NCBI RefSeq assembly: GCF_026571515.1
Contig: NW_026854547.1
Location: forward strand, 1-64,000
Length of the DNA stretch: 64,000 bases
Reading direction: 5' to 3'
Origin: Ruditapes philippinarum
Lineage: Eukaryota
Part shown: in pieces, positions 27,937 to 39,900 of the stretch
Numbering within the stretch: position 1 is the first letter of the stretch
Layout: each line of letters opens with the position of its first letter
Position numbers and translations under genes: made by a program
Notes under the pieces: model-generated
Told to the model about the DNA's origin: nothing
The model's database searches: none
What the model saw: only the letters and a program-made list of their open reading frames with translations

Positions 27937-29130
27937 TTGTTGTCATGACATTTGACTGTAACAGTATGTTAAACAAGAACAACAAACAATTATGAAACAT
28001 ATCTATGAGGACAGTGTCATTTTAACACGATCATCTGTTCAAATATGAATGATTATATTTTTATACAAATCTTAAGTATTTAATGCAGGTAAACTGGTTG
28101 ATAAGAAAATTGATATATTATAATCTTTGGTAACCATATTTGATGACCTAAGTTACAGTCTGGTTTGAAAATGAAAAGATCAATGTTGTGAGATTGTGCT
28201 TGTTTACTATAATATTTGCAATTGTATTGAGATTCAAAAAGAAATGTGTTGCTTTTAAATGAAAACAATTGAAGCAAGACATGTCTGTCTGTTATTTTTA
28301 TGTGAGATATAAGAATCTATCAAATGTACTAACAAATATATTTCGTATGTTATAATTATATATAGAATACATTTATATTTATATATACATACATATATCT
28401 TTATGGTGGTGATTTTATCATATACATATATAGTAACTAAATATGAATCTGGTGTGTTGTTTTTTTTTAAATTATTAAACGCTTGTCTGTTAAGGTAAAC
28501 AACTAAAAATGGGCAATACTGATCACTTTGTTATGTCCATTTTCCTACAGACGTGTCTTGTCCCGACTGTCAAGTTTCCCCAATTGAATTGTACCAATAT
28601 TTACAGACACAATTTGTTATTGGCAGATTAGTTAACATATACAAAATGTAAAAATAAAATGGCAGATTTGCAAAAAAAAAATTAATTTAGGATAGATTTT
28701 ATGTATTATAACATTAATTAGACCAGACCAAAGAACACAATTATGGCTAGATGCCAATGGTATTATTTGGCACCAATGTCTATAATATTGCCAATGACAC
28801 AAATAGAATGATTAAATCCGTTCAGAGAAAATTGTCAACTAGTGGCATCAATGATTATTAATGTTACAAATTGTACTTTAATATAGTATTGATACCACTT
28901 AAAATACTTGGAACATTATCTTAAACAATACACGTCAATATTTTTTATCCGGAACTAGACAAATATTGGATTTTCAAAGCTAACCCTACAGTTCAAACAG
29001 TGGTTTACCGTAATAGCTTCAGGGTGCACTACTGTACATAAAAGAGAAGTCAACCTGTTGCGCTTATTTTCGACGATGGGGGGGGGGGGATGGGCACTCT
29101 TTAATAAGTCTATCAGGCTTTCTGATCTTG

Positions 29131-30263
29131 TTATGACACCTTCAAGGAAGTTTGGGTATATTGCTCTGTCGTTCGGTCGGTCCGTAGACTAAATGGTTTC
29201 CTGTCAATAACTAAAGAACGCTTAGGCCTAGGAACTTCAAGCTTAATATGAGGATTGTTCATGACCAGAAGATGACACCTGTTGATTTTAAGGTCAAGGG
29301 GTCAAAGGTCAAGGTCATCTTGACCTTGTACGTAAAACCGGTTTCCGATCAATAACTTGACAACCCATAAACTGTTTGCCTTCAAACTTTTGAAGATGCA
29401 TTGGTCTTGGCAAGTAAATGACCTTTTTTGATTCTGGGTCACGGGGTCAAAGGTCAAGGTCATATTAATAGTATAGATTAAAAGGGTTTCCGATCAAAAA
29501 GTTGACAACCAATAGGCCCTTTGCCCTCAAACTAAATAGGTGCATTGGTATTGGCAAGTCGATGACCCCTATTTATTTTGGATCAATGTGTCAAAGATCA
29601 ATGTCACATTGACCTTGTGGGTCAAAACGGTTTCCTATCAATAACTGGACAATACATGGACCCTTGACCTTGAAACTTCACAGACGTATTGCTTTTGGTC
29701 AGAAAATGACCTCAATGGATTTTTTGAGTCAAGTGAACAGAGGTCAAGATCACATTGACCTTACAGGTGAAAATCCTTTATAATCATTATCTCTTGGGCC
29801 TTTTACCTTCACACTTCACAGGTGCATTTGTCTTGGGAAGTATAAAACTGTTATTGATTTAAGGATCAAAGGTCAAAGTCACATTGACCTTGTATGTAAA
29901 GCCGGTTTCCGACCAATAACTCAAGAACTCAAGTTGCCTTGGTTGATATTTTTTATTAAACTAAAAATGCTTTTGGTATACACATTTCAAGGTCTAATGT
30001 AATATAACAAATTGGCTGTCATTAAGGAGGCCTACATGATTCATAAAATTTATGCATATATTATTTGGTAAGATTTGTGATAACTTTGTCATAAAATTGC
30101 TGCACACAACATTTACGGTCACAATTACCTAGTGACCAGTCATAATCAGTAAATAACCCCTTTTGATTTTGGTCACTAGGTAAAATATCAGTCACAATAA
30201 CCTGACCACATGACTAATTGGCTACCGATAGGAGAGGCATGTTTTACAAACATATCTTGTTTG
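29131..30263 (+). mobile_element. Helentron-associated (HINE/pearl-like) element with internal tandem repeats
   Basis: 5' GTCG/GTCC microsatellite, repeated ~150-bp units containing GGTCAAAGGTCAAGGTCA and GGTTTCCGATCAATAACT, and a 3' short hairpin ending TCTTGTTT. Confidence 0.7.
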
Positions 30264-30833
30264 CTATCTTTAGATCTTGCAATTCATGAGTTTGACTATA
30301 ATTGTAACTCAAAAATACGAAATGAAGAATATTAAAAAGAGGTATCTTGACATAGGAAAAACGTATACTTTTTTGTTTGTACATGTAGTATATATTTGGG
30401 CAAATGCAATACATTCTATTTTCCAAAAGAATCAACTACTGATTGACAGAACATTTTTCATTGTTGCAGTGAGTGTGTATTTACAAGAATTACGTCTTAA
30501 ACTAAGTTCAGAAAACACCTAGTCAATCTCTGTGGCCATATGCCTTCGTCTATACATTGTATCTACAACCACACCCTGGTTGCCGGTCACCCTGATATTT
30601 CAGTAGGGTAGGATCCATATGCAACACAGTGATTCACTTTTCAGTTCTTACTTTATTTAAATTTATATGACAATCGTTCTAAAGAAAGAGGATGAAATGT
30701 GAAAAAACAATCAAAATGAAAATTTCGTATTTTTAACAATGAATTATTCCTTAAAATAAGATAATAAGTTGCGTAATTATTTTTAACTTGAATACAAAAT
30801 AATACACCGCAGCATCACAGGCATATAGAGATT

Positions 30834-30837
<4 letters not shown>

Positions 30838-30869
<32 letters not shown>

Positions 30870-30929
30870 GGTGTGTGTGTTGGTGTGTGTGCGCGTGTGT
30901 TGGTGTGTGTTCGTGTGCGTGTGTGTGTG
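30838..30929 (+). repeat. Imperfect (GT)n microsatellite just 3' of the C1qDC stop codon
   Basis: Read directly from the sequence. Confidence 0.95.
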
Positions 30930-30989
30930 CTTTATGATTTTATCACAACAATACATATTTTTTTTCAATTTTTATTAATAAAGATATTA

Positions 30990-33900
30990 TTACATTGCAA
31001 GGAGCAAGTAACCAGAAAATGTTGAATATAATTCTCCACCAAGTGCAAGATCCGGGTTGTCAATTGTTCTCACCCATATTTGGTCGCCTTGGTTAACGTG
31101 TGTAAACACTGTTTGTGCACCCTGGTCACGATATGACCCCCCTTCAGCATGAGCGAATATTCGGCCAAGTACACGCTGGTTGTGTATAATTTCAGCATGC
31201 ACCATAACACCTTGAGATGCATCGTGATCCATCAGGGAGCAACTGAACACGTAGATACCTGATACTGGAGCAACGAACATGCCTGACTGGTTGTTGTACC
31301 CTCCTCCTATATCCGTTATCACTGTTTCAAACTTGATTGTGTCCATATGTTTGAGATGATAAACTACCGTTGGTTTAATAGCTGCTGTGAATGCCACTGG
31401 TCCTTCGTTGTTCATAACAAAACGCTTAGATTTCTCTACTGAAATATATTGAGGATAATATATCTCAGTAGCAAAGTGATAATAGTGACGAGATTAGATA
31501 CCATTCATAAACGAGAGCATTATAGGTCAACAATAAAAGTAAGCATAGTTCATTTACAAGAGAAAATAAGTTAAAATAAGATAGCAAGTACAATTCAGTA
31601 GTGATAGTCATTCCAGTGCAATAGCGACAGAAAGTACAGATCAATAACGATAGTCAGTACAGTTCAAGAGATAGTCAGTACAAATCAATAATGAGACAAA
31701 TTATAGTTCAATAATGATTTTCGGTACAGTACCATAACGACAGTCAGTAGAGCTCAATAACGAAAGTCAGTACAGTTCAATAATGATAGTCATTACAGTT
31801 CAATAACTATAGTCATTACAGTTCAATAACGATAGTCAGTACAGTTCAATAACGATAGTCAGTACAGTTCAATAACGATAGTCAGTACAGTTCAATAATG
31901 ATAGTCAGTACAGTTCATTAATGATAGTCAGTAAAGTTCAATAACGATAGTCAGTACAGTTCAATAATGATAGTCATTACAGTTCAATAACTATAGTCAT
32001 TACAGTTCAATAACGATAGTCAGTACAGTTCAATAACGATAGTCAGTACAGTTCAATAATGATAGTCAGTACAGTTCAATAATGATAGTCAGTACAGTTC
32101 AATAATGATAGTCAGTACAGTTCAATAACGATAGTCAGTACAGTTCAATAATGATAGTCATTACAGTTCAATAACGATAGTCAGTACAGTTCAATAACGA
32201 TAGTCAGTACACTTCAATAATGATAGTCAGTACAGTTCAATAACGATAGTCAGTACAGTTCAATAACGATAGTCAATACACTTCAAGTACGATAGACAAT
32301 ACACTTCAATAATGATAGTGTGTACACTTCAAAAACGATAGTCAATACACTTCAATAATGATAGTCAGTACACTTCAAAAACGATAGTTAGAACAGTTTA
32401 ATAACGAAAGTCAGTATAGTTCGTTCAATAATGATAGTCAGAACAGTTCAATAACGATAATCAGTACACTTCAATAATGATAGTCAGTACACTTCAATAA
32501 CGATAGTCAGTACACTTCAATAATGATGGACAGTACACTTCAATAATGATAGTCAGTACACTTCAAGTACGATTGACAGTACACTTCAATAATGATAGTC
32601 AGTACACTTCAATAACGATAGTCAGTACACTTCAATAATGATAGTCAGTACAGTTCAATAACGATAGTCAGTACAGTTCAATAATGATAGTCAATACACT
32701 TCAAGTACGATAGACAATACACTTCAATAATGATAGTGTGTACACTTCAAAAACGATAGTCAATACACTTCAATAATGATAGTCAGTACACTTCAAAAAC
32801 GATAGTTAGAACAGTTTAATAACGAAAGTCAGTATAGTTCAATAATGATAGTCAGAACAGTTCAATAACGATAATCAGTACACTTCAATAATGATAGTCA
32901 GTACACTTCAATAACGATAGTCAGTACACTTCAATAATGATGGACAGTACACTTCAATAATGATAGTCAGTACACTTTAAGTACGATTGACAGTACACTT
33001 CAATAATGATAGTCAGTACACTTCAATAACGATAGTCAATACACTTCAATAATGATAGTCAGTACACTTTAATAACGATAGTCAGTACACTTAAATAATG
33101 ATAGTCTGTGCAGTTCAATAATGATAGTCAGTACAGTTAAATAAAGATAGTCAGTACAGTTCAATAATGATTGTCAGTATAGTTCAATAACGATAGTCAA
33201 AACAGTTTAATAACGATAGTCAGTACACTTCAATAATGATAGTCAATGCAGTTCAATAATGATAGTCAGTACAGTTCAATAACGATAGTCAGTATAGTTA
33301 AATAGTGTTGTCAGTGCAGTTCAATAATGATAGTCAGTACAGTTCAATAACGATAGTCAGTATACTTCAATAATGATAGTCAATACAGTTCAATAACGAA
33401 AGTCAGTTCACTTCAATAACGATAGTTAGTACACTTCAATAACTATAGTCAGTACAGTTCAATAATGATAGTCAGTACACTTCAATAAAGATAGTCAGTA
33501 CACTTCAATAATGATAGTCAGTACATTTAAATCACGTAAGTCAGTAGAGTTCAATTATGACAGTAAGTACAGTTCAATAATGATTGTCAGTGCACTTCAA
33601 TAATGATAGTCAGTACAGTTCAATAACGATAGTCAGTACACTTCAAGTACGATTGACAGTACACTTCAATAATGATAGTCAGTACAGTTCAATAACGATA
33701 GTCAGTACAGTTCAATAACGATAGTCATTACAGTTCAATAACGAAAGTCAGTACAGTTCAATATTGATAGTCAGTACAGTTCAATAAAAACAGTCAGAAC
33801 AGTTCAATAATGATAGTCAGTACAGTTCAATAACGATAGTCAGTACAGTTCAATAACGATAGTCAGTACAGTTCAATAACGAAAGTCAGTACAGTTCAAT

Positions 33901-36900
33901 AACGAAAGTCAGTACACTTCAAGTACGATAGTCAGTACAGTTCAATAACGAAAGTCAGTACACTTCAAGTACGATAGTCAGTACAGTTCAATAACGAAAG
34001 TCAGTACAGTTCAATAATGAGAATCAGTACCGTTCAATAATGATAGTCAGTACATTTCAATAATGATAGTCAGTACACTTCAATAATGATAGTCAGTACA
34101 TTTCAATAATGATAGTCAGTACACTTCAATAATGATAGTCAGTACACTTCAATAATGATAGTCAGTACATTTCAATAATGATAGTCAGTACACTTCAATA
34201 ATGATAGTCAGTACACTTCAATAATGATAGTCAGTACATTTCAATAATGATAGTCAGTACACTTCAATAATGATAGTCAGTACATTTCAATAATGATAGT
34301 CAGTACATTTCAATAATGATAGACAGTACAGTTAACGATTGAAATTATAGTTCAATAATGATAGTCAGGGGTTAGTATCTCGAAGCTATCGTTAGCATAA
34401 CGACTATCATATACCTCTCGTTAAGGTTTTCACCGCTATCTCAACGCTCTCGTAATTAACGAATAATCGTTAACATGCCCAATTATTAACGGATGCCTAG
34501 AGGGTGTCGTAAGGCTCTCGTTACTATCATTTTGACACAAAAGTAAGAAAGGTGCGATTTTAAAGTACATAAAAATGAGAATTATATCATTTTATTGATA
34601 AAAAATGATGAACCGACATAAATATAGTATTGTATTTCTTTTTCTCATGAATTTTCACAGGCCCTTAATATATTTTATTTAAATTCACTCAAAGAACTCT
34701 TTAATACAATTCCATAAAAAAATATCATTGATTAGTTGAAAGAGATAAACTTGTATTCTTGGATCTAATTGGCTCATTTTTATTGTCATTTAGTAACTTT
34801 TACATAACATTTTAAGCCTATTATAGCATTCGACACGATATGGCCAGTTATATGTTGACGAGCCGTAAAAATCCAAACAAACAAAATTTTTCTCACATAT
34901 CAAACATATGTAAAGGTTCTTTACATTTTAATTTAAGACTTATATTTGAATGGCGGATGAAAAAAAAAACATATCATAACTTAAACAGCGAAAGGAATAA
35001 TCTCCGTAATGTGTAATTTTGCACAAGAAAAACATAAATAAATATATGCATACATCATGCTGAAAATTCAACAAAATTCAAACTACATAGTTACAAAAAT
35101 TATATTTCGAAAAGTAAACTGTGACGTATTAACTACCAATGGTAGGGATACTACGTCATCGCGCACCTGCTGAATGCTCCCACTTGGACCATTTTTCGTC
35201 GACTCGAAGGTATAATACAATTTTATTATAAGAAAACGTAAGAGTATCAAAAAATCATGTAGCGCACCAAAGAATGGCTATAGTACTTGAGATGATTGTA
35301 AATAAAGTTTATAGATTTATTGCCTGGTTTAGGCCTGAAAACGGGATAAGTGTTTTTCTCTGAATGCTCCCACTCGGACTTTTCCCGAAACATATAAGAA
35401 ATAAGGTTGAAAACCTTCTTGAAAATTATATTTTTAACGTACCGGAAACATAAACCGAGTCATGTTTACACTTTTCCTAGATTTTTAATTTCAATATTTC
35501 TATTTCAAAGTTAGTTTTTTTTTTTTTAAAGTTTATTTTATAAAAATGGAAAATGCTCCACTCGGGACTCGATTTCAGAGATGCTCCCACTCGGACCAAA
35601 TATATATACATTCTGAAAGCACATATTGACTGTGTTTAAGCTTTTTGTGGTTATTCACACAATTTTTACACATATATACCACCATTTTTGTCAATAACTA
35701 CTGTGTTTTGGCAACATTAACTTTTTCCTTCTTTTTACAGAGATCACTTTTTTATTCTGAAGAATGGCGTCGTTGGGCAAACAAGGTGGGCCTGTGAAAT
35801 TTCAACTGACAGGAAAATCAACTATACAGGAAAGGTGCCTTGCTTTTGGGTTGGAATCCGAAGGGATGATTCAAAATGATTGCCAACAACGAATAGGATA
35901 TAAGACTTTAGATGGAGTTTGGATCTAAATTTAAAAGCTTTGTTTGTGATGAAAAAATGTGGTGTTTTAAAAAAAAAAGATTAACATGTTTATTTCATAC
36001 GGGTTTTAAGTTCTTTTGGAAACTGAAACACAATAAAAGTCGCATTAATTCAATAATTGTGATTTAATATTTTGTTAAAATTTTTTAAAAAATTTTTTGG
36101 GTTTTTTTAAACTTGTGATTTAGATTTTAAAACAAATAATGGTACGTTTATGAAAATAAAGATTTCAAAAATTTATCGGTTGATTTGAGTAAGTTTTATT
36201 AAAAGAAAACAGTAAATATTTTTATCTAGCTGGTTAAAAAGTTGGGAAATCCCATACCAACAACAAAAAGCAGTCAACAAATTTGACAATTTGACAATTT
36301 TATGAAATTTTGATATTGAAAACGTATTTTTCCCTAAATAAAAAAAAAAATATAAAAAACAAAATCAAGTTTTTTCTTTATCAAAGTCTTTTTCCCCTAA
36401 TTTGGTATTTAAAGCCCTTGTAGTTAAAATTTTCGGGTTTTCCCCAAATTTTAAAATTTTTTAATAAAGTATTTTAATTAACTTAAAAAATTTTAAAAAT
36501 TTTTGGAAAATTGAAAAATAACTCTCAAAAGTTGTCCAATTAAAATTTTATTAAAAAAATACTTTATCATCATTTTTTAAAGAATAAAACTTAACACTTA
36601 AAAAGTAATATTTTCTTTTTCCTCCTTAATAAAAGTAAAGTCTATTATCTTTAAAAAAAATGCCTTTTAACAAACAATGGATAATTCTTCTTTGAGATTT
36701 TTTAAAGAAATAAAAAACAAAAAAAGTTTTTTCAGGATTTTTTAAAATAACGTTAAAAATAAAAAACAATATACAAGAATACACAAACAAAAAACCCCCC
36801 GTAAAAAGAGGAGAAACATTTCAAGGGGAATAAACCCTTACAAAAAGTAAAAATTTCCAAGTAATGCTTTCGTGAAAATTTTATGACATAAAAAATGAAA

Positions 36901-39900
36901 AAAATAAACCCAGAAAAAAGAAACAAAAAAAAAAACAAAAAACCCATTCTGAACATTTTGGTCTGTGCTCTGCTTTTTCCTTTCATTAAACTTTTTTTAA
37001 ATTTTAAATTTTCAATTTATATCTCAAAAATTTAAGGGGAATGGTTTGCAAACAAAACTTTGGAATAGAAAGGAAAAAACTCCAAAACGGGGAAGTTGCA
37101 TTCTTTTTTGCGGATTTTATTTTATTGAAACTATCCTCCATGAATTTTTATATAAATTTGACCCTTTATGCCCTTTTCCCAAAAAATTTAAACGCAAAAA
37201 CTGAAAAAAGAGGTTTTTTTAAAGAACAAAAATTCTTGTTTTTTCTAGAGTATTCCCCCTCATGGAACATCCACAGTTGGTATCTAAAATATTTGCTCCA
37301 GCTATGCCGTGCCAAGATGTCCTGCCATGTGCTTTCTTACGTCGCAATGTGGTTTATACCTTTTCCCATGCTGGTCACAAACACAAATACTTTCTGCAAA
37401 ACAGAACGTTATTATATTTTAAAAATGTATAATCCATTTCTTTCTGATTTCAGCGACTCTATTTTACGAGGAATTGTTTCAAACACAACCTTTTTTTCTT
37501 ATTCTTAGGCCGATAAACTGATCCTCTAAGAAGACATATTTACGAGACTGTTATGATAAAATATGTCACAATTTTAGTGATCTAAATTTTAGTATCGTAT
37601 TTTAAAAATGCTGTTTCATAGAATTCTAACTGATTATATGAATATATAAACGTGAATTATATAAAGATATTTATGCTTTCAAAAATGTATATATTTAGGT
37701 CCGAGTGGGAGCATCTCTTAAGTTGAGTCCGCGTGGGAGCATTTTCCATTTTCATAAAAAGAATTAACAAAAACTGATTTCTGAATAGAAATATTTGGAA
37801 CTAATATAGAATAAGGGGGTAAACATGACTCGGTTTATGTTCCGGTACGTTAAAAAACAATTTTCAAGAAGGTTTTCAACCTTATTTCATATATGTTTCG
37901 GGAAAAGTCCGAGTGGGAGCATTCAGAGAAAAAACACTTATCCCGTTTTCAGGCGTAAACCAGGCAATGAATCTATAAACTTTTTTTACAATTATCTCAA
38001 GTACTGTAGCCATTCTTTGGTGCGCTACATGATTTTTTGATACTCTTACGTTTTCTTATAATAAAATTGTATTTTACCTTCGAGTCGACGAAAAAATGGT
38101 CCAAGTGGGAGCATTCAGCAGGTGCGCGATGACGTAGTATCCTACCATTGACTACATCATGAAGAAAAGTGCATTACGTCAGCTGCAAAAATCGGTACCA
38201 CAAAAATGGATGTAATATATAGAAATGTTGTTTGTTTATCATTTCATAGTAACAAATATTTCACTTGCGAACACCAGTTGTTATAATTTAACTAGTTATA
38301 TTTTAATTTATAATACAGCAAACATCCTTTGTTTAAAACAAAATGAAATTTATCCATATTAATTAACAGCAGCCATGTATATATTTAGTAATACAGATTT
38401 TTGACAGGTTATATGGCCGTATATAAACGATAACCCGAGCCGCCAAGTGAGAGTTATATTGCAAACATAATTATATCGGCCATATATCCTGTTAAAAATC
38501 TTTATAACGAATTTACAATACTGCAGAAAAAAAGAGAGATTTCTTGATAAATTGACAGCAGCTATGTATATAAACTATATAAACGCCAATCAAAATTGAC
38601 GTACCAAACTTGCAGTTGCAGTAACAAACGTGTAGTATTATAAAAGACTTTTCATTGGAGAATCGTGACATTTTTATAGTTTTATATACACTGTTTCTGG
38701 CAATTTTCTAAGAAATCTCACCTTTTTTCTCAAAAAAAGGGAAGTTCGCGGTTTTATAAATTCGTTATAAACATTCCTGACATGTTAAATGGACCTTGTA
38801 GGCAATATAACCATCGCCTAGCGGCTCGGGTTATATTTCCAAACAGTCGTTTATATTACCAATATTACCTGTCAAAAATCTTTATAACTAATAATATAAA
38901 TGTCATGATTATCCAATGAAAATCGACTTTACATATTTAATATATATTTATGCTTATGAAGTAATTGTTTTGCTCATGGCGTCATTGTTAGGCGCATGAC
39001 GTCTTTGCAGCTTTGTAGCAAGTGGGATTTTAGAAAGAGTTGCTGTACATATGTTTGTCTAAAGCCTAAAGGGTAAAATTTCATTATGTTTCGTGAAAAT
39101 ATAGTCCATATTTCACTCAAACGGAAAGCAACAATGAAAGCAACATTTTCAAATTTGAATATTGACAGTATACTTACACCCTGTTCCCAGATTTTTTGAC
39201 TGGTATTGAGAAGAAGCTCCGCCAGAATATTGGCTTTAACTATGTAAAGTGTTTAAAATATGTGACTACACTGGCAGCCTCTGCTGCTAAATCTTCAGTC
39301 TCTGCGGTTCTATATACAGTCGTTTTTTTTCCAGTTTCTATGTTAAGTTCCCGCCCCGCCCCTCAATTAGAAATCACGCCTGTTTCATTGGAACTTTCAA
39401 CAGGGGCAGTTCCAATGACTGTTCTCTTTTTTTTAAGGAACCGTTTTCGTAGGTTTACCACTATCACAATTGATATTATCAAGGCAATCGGGATTTTCAT
39501 CGCAAAACAAGTCTATATTACTAGACGACAGACCGGCGGATCCTGCACGTGTCGTGTGATTGTGTTCCGGTTTAGCATGATCGTAACCTTATATTTACCT
39601 TCGTCTACGCAAAATAATGATTCGGTGAATATAAACACCGGGTGCATGTATTCAAATGATAACACAACGCAATCGTTAATAACTAACGAGTAAGCAACGA
39701 ACGATTGCTTAACTACTGCTTTCGAAATACCCGCACTAGTCTCTCGTTAACCAACCCTCCGTCTATTGTTAGCACGTTCGTAAACGCAAATATAACGATA
39801 GCTTCGAGATACTAACCCCAGAATAGTTCAATAAATTAACGATAGTCAGAACAGTTCAATAACGAGATTAAAGACTGGTCAGGAAACGATAGTAAAGACT

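Larger units (their letters stand above)
34369..39818. mobile_element. PIF/Harbinger-like DNA transposon (non-autonomous, with nested insertions)
   Basis: Perfect 26-bp TIRs GGGTTAGTATCTCGAAGCTATCGTTA / TAACGATAGCTTCGAGATACTAACCC and a 3-bp TSD CAG (34366-68, 39819-21). Removing the element restores a satellite unit. A decayed minus-strand coding-like segment at ~39650-39175 is weakly Myb/SANT-like. Confidence 0.85.

Noticed and set aside
31600-34368. CRISPR-like appearance of the 23-bp array
   Set aside because: Units are directly adjacent with no unique spacers, there are no cas genes, and it sits in a eukaryotic intron.
35137-38150. Transib/RAG-like transposon suggested by the 5-bp TSD
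   Set aside because: Termini are CAATGGT rather than a CAC heptamer, and no RSS-like spacing or RAG1-like coding sequence is visible.
39196-39693. 165-aa plus-strand ORF
   Set aside because: No recognisable motif. It lies inside the transposon and is probably the antisense shadow of a decayed minus-strand gene.
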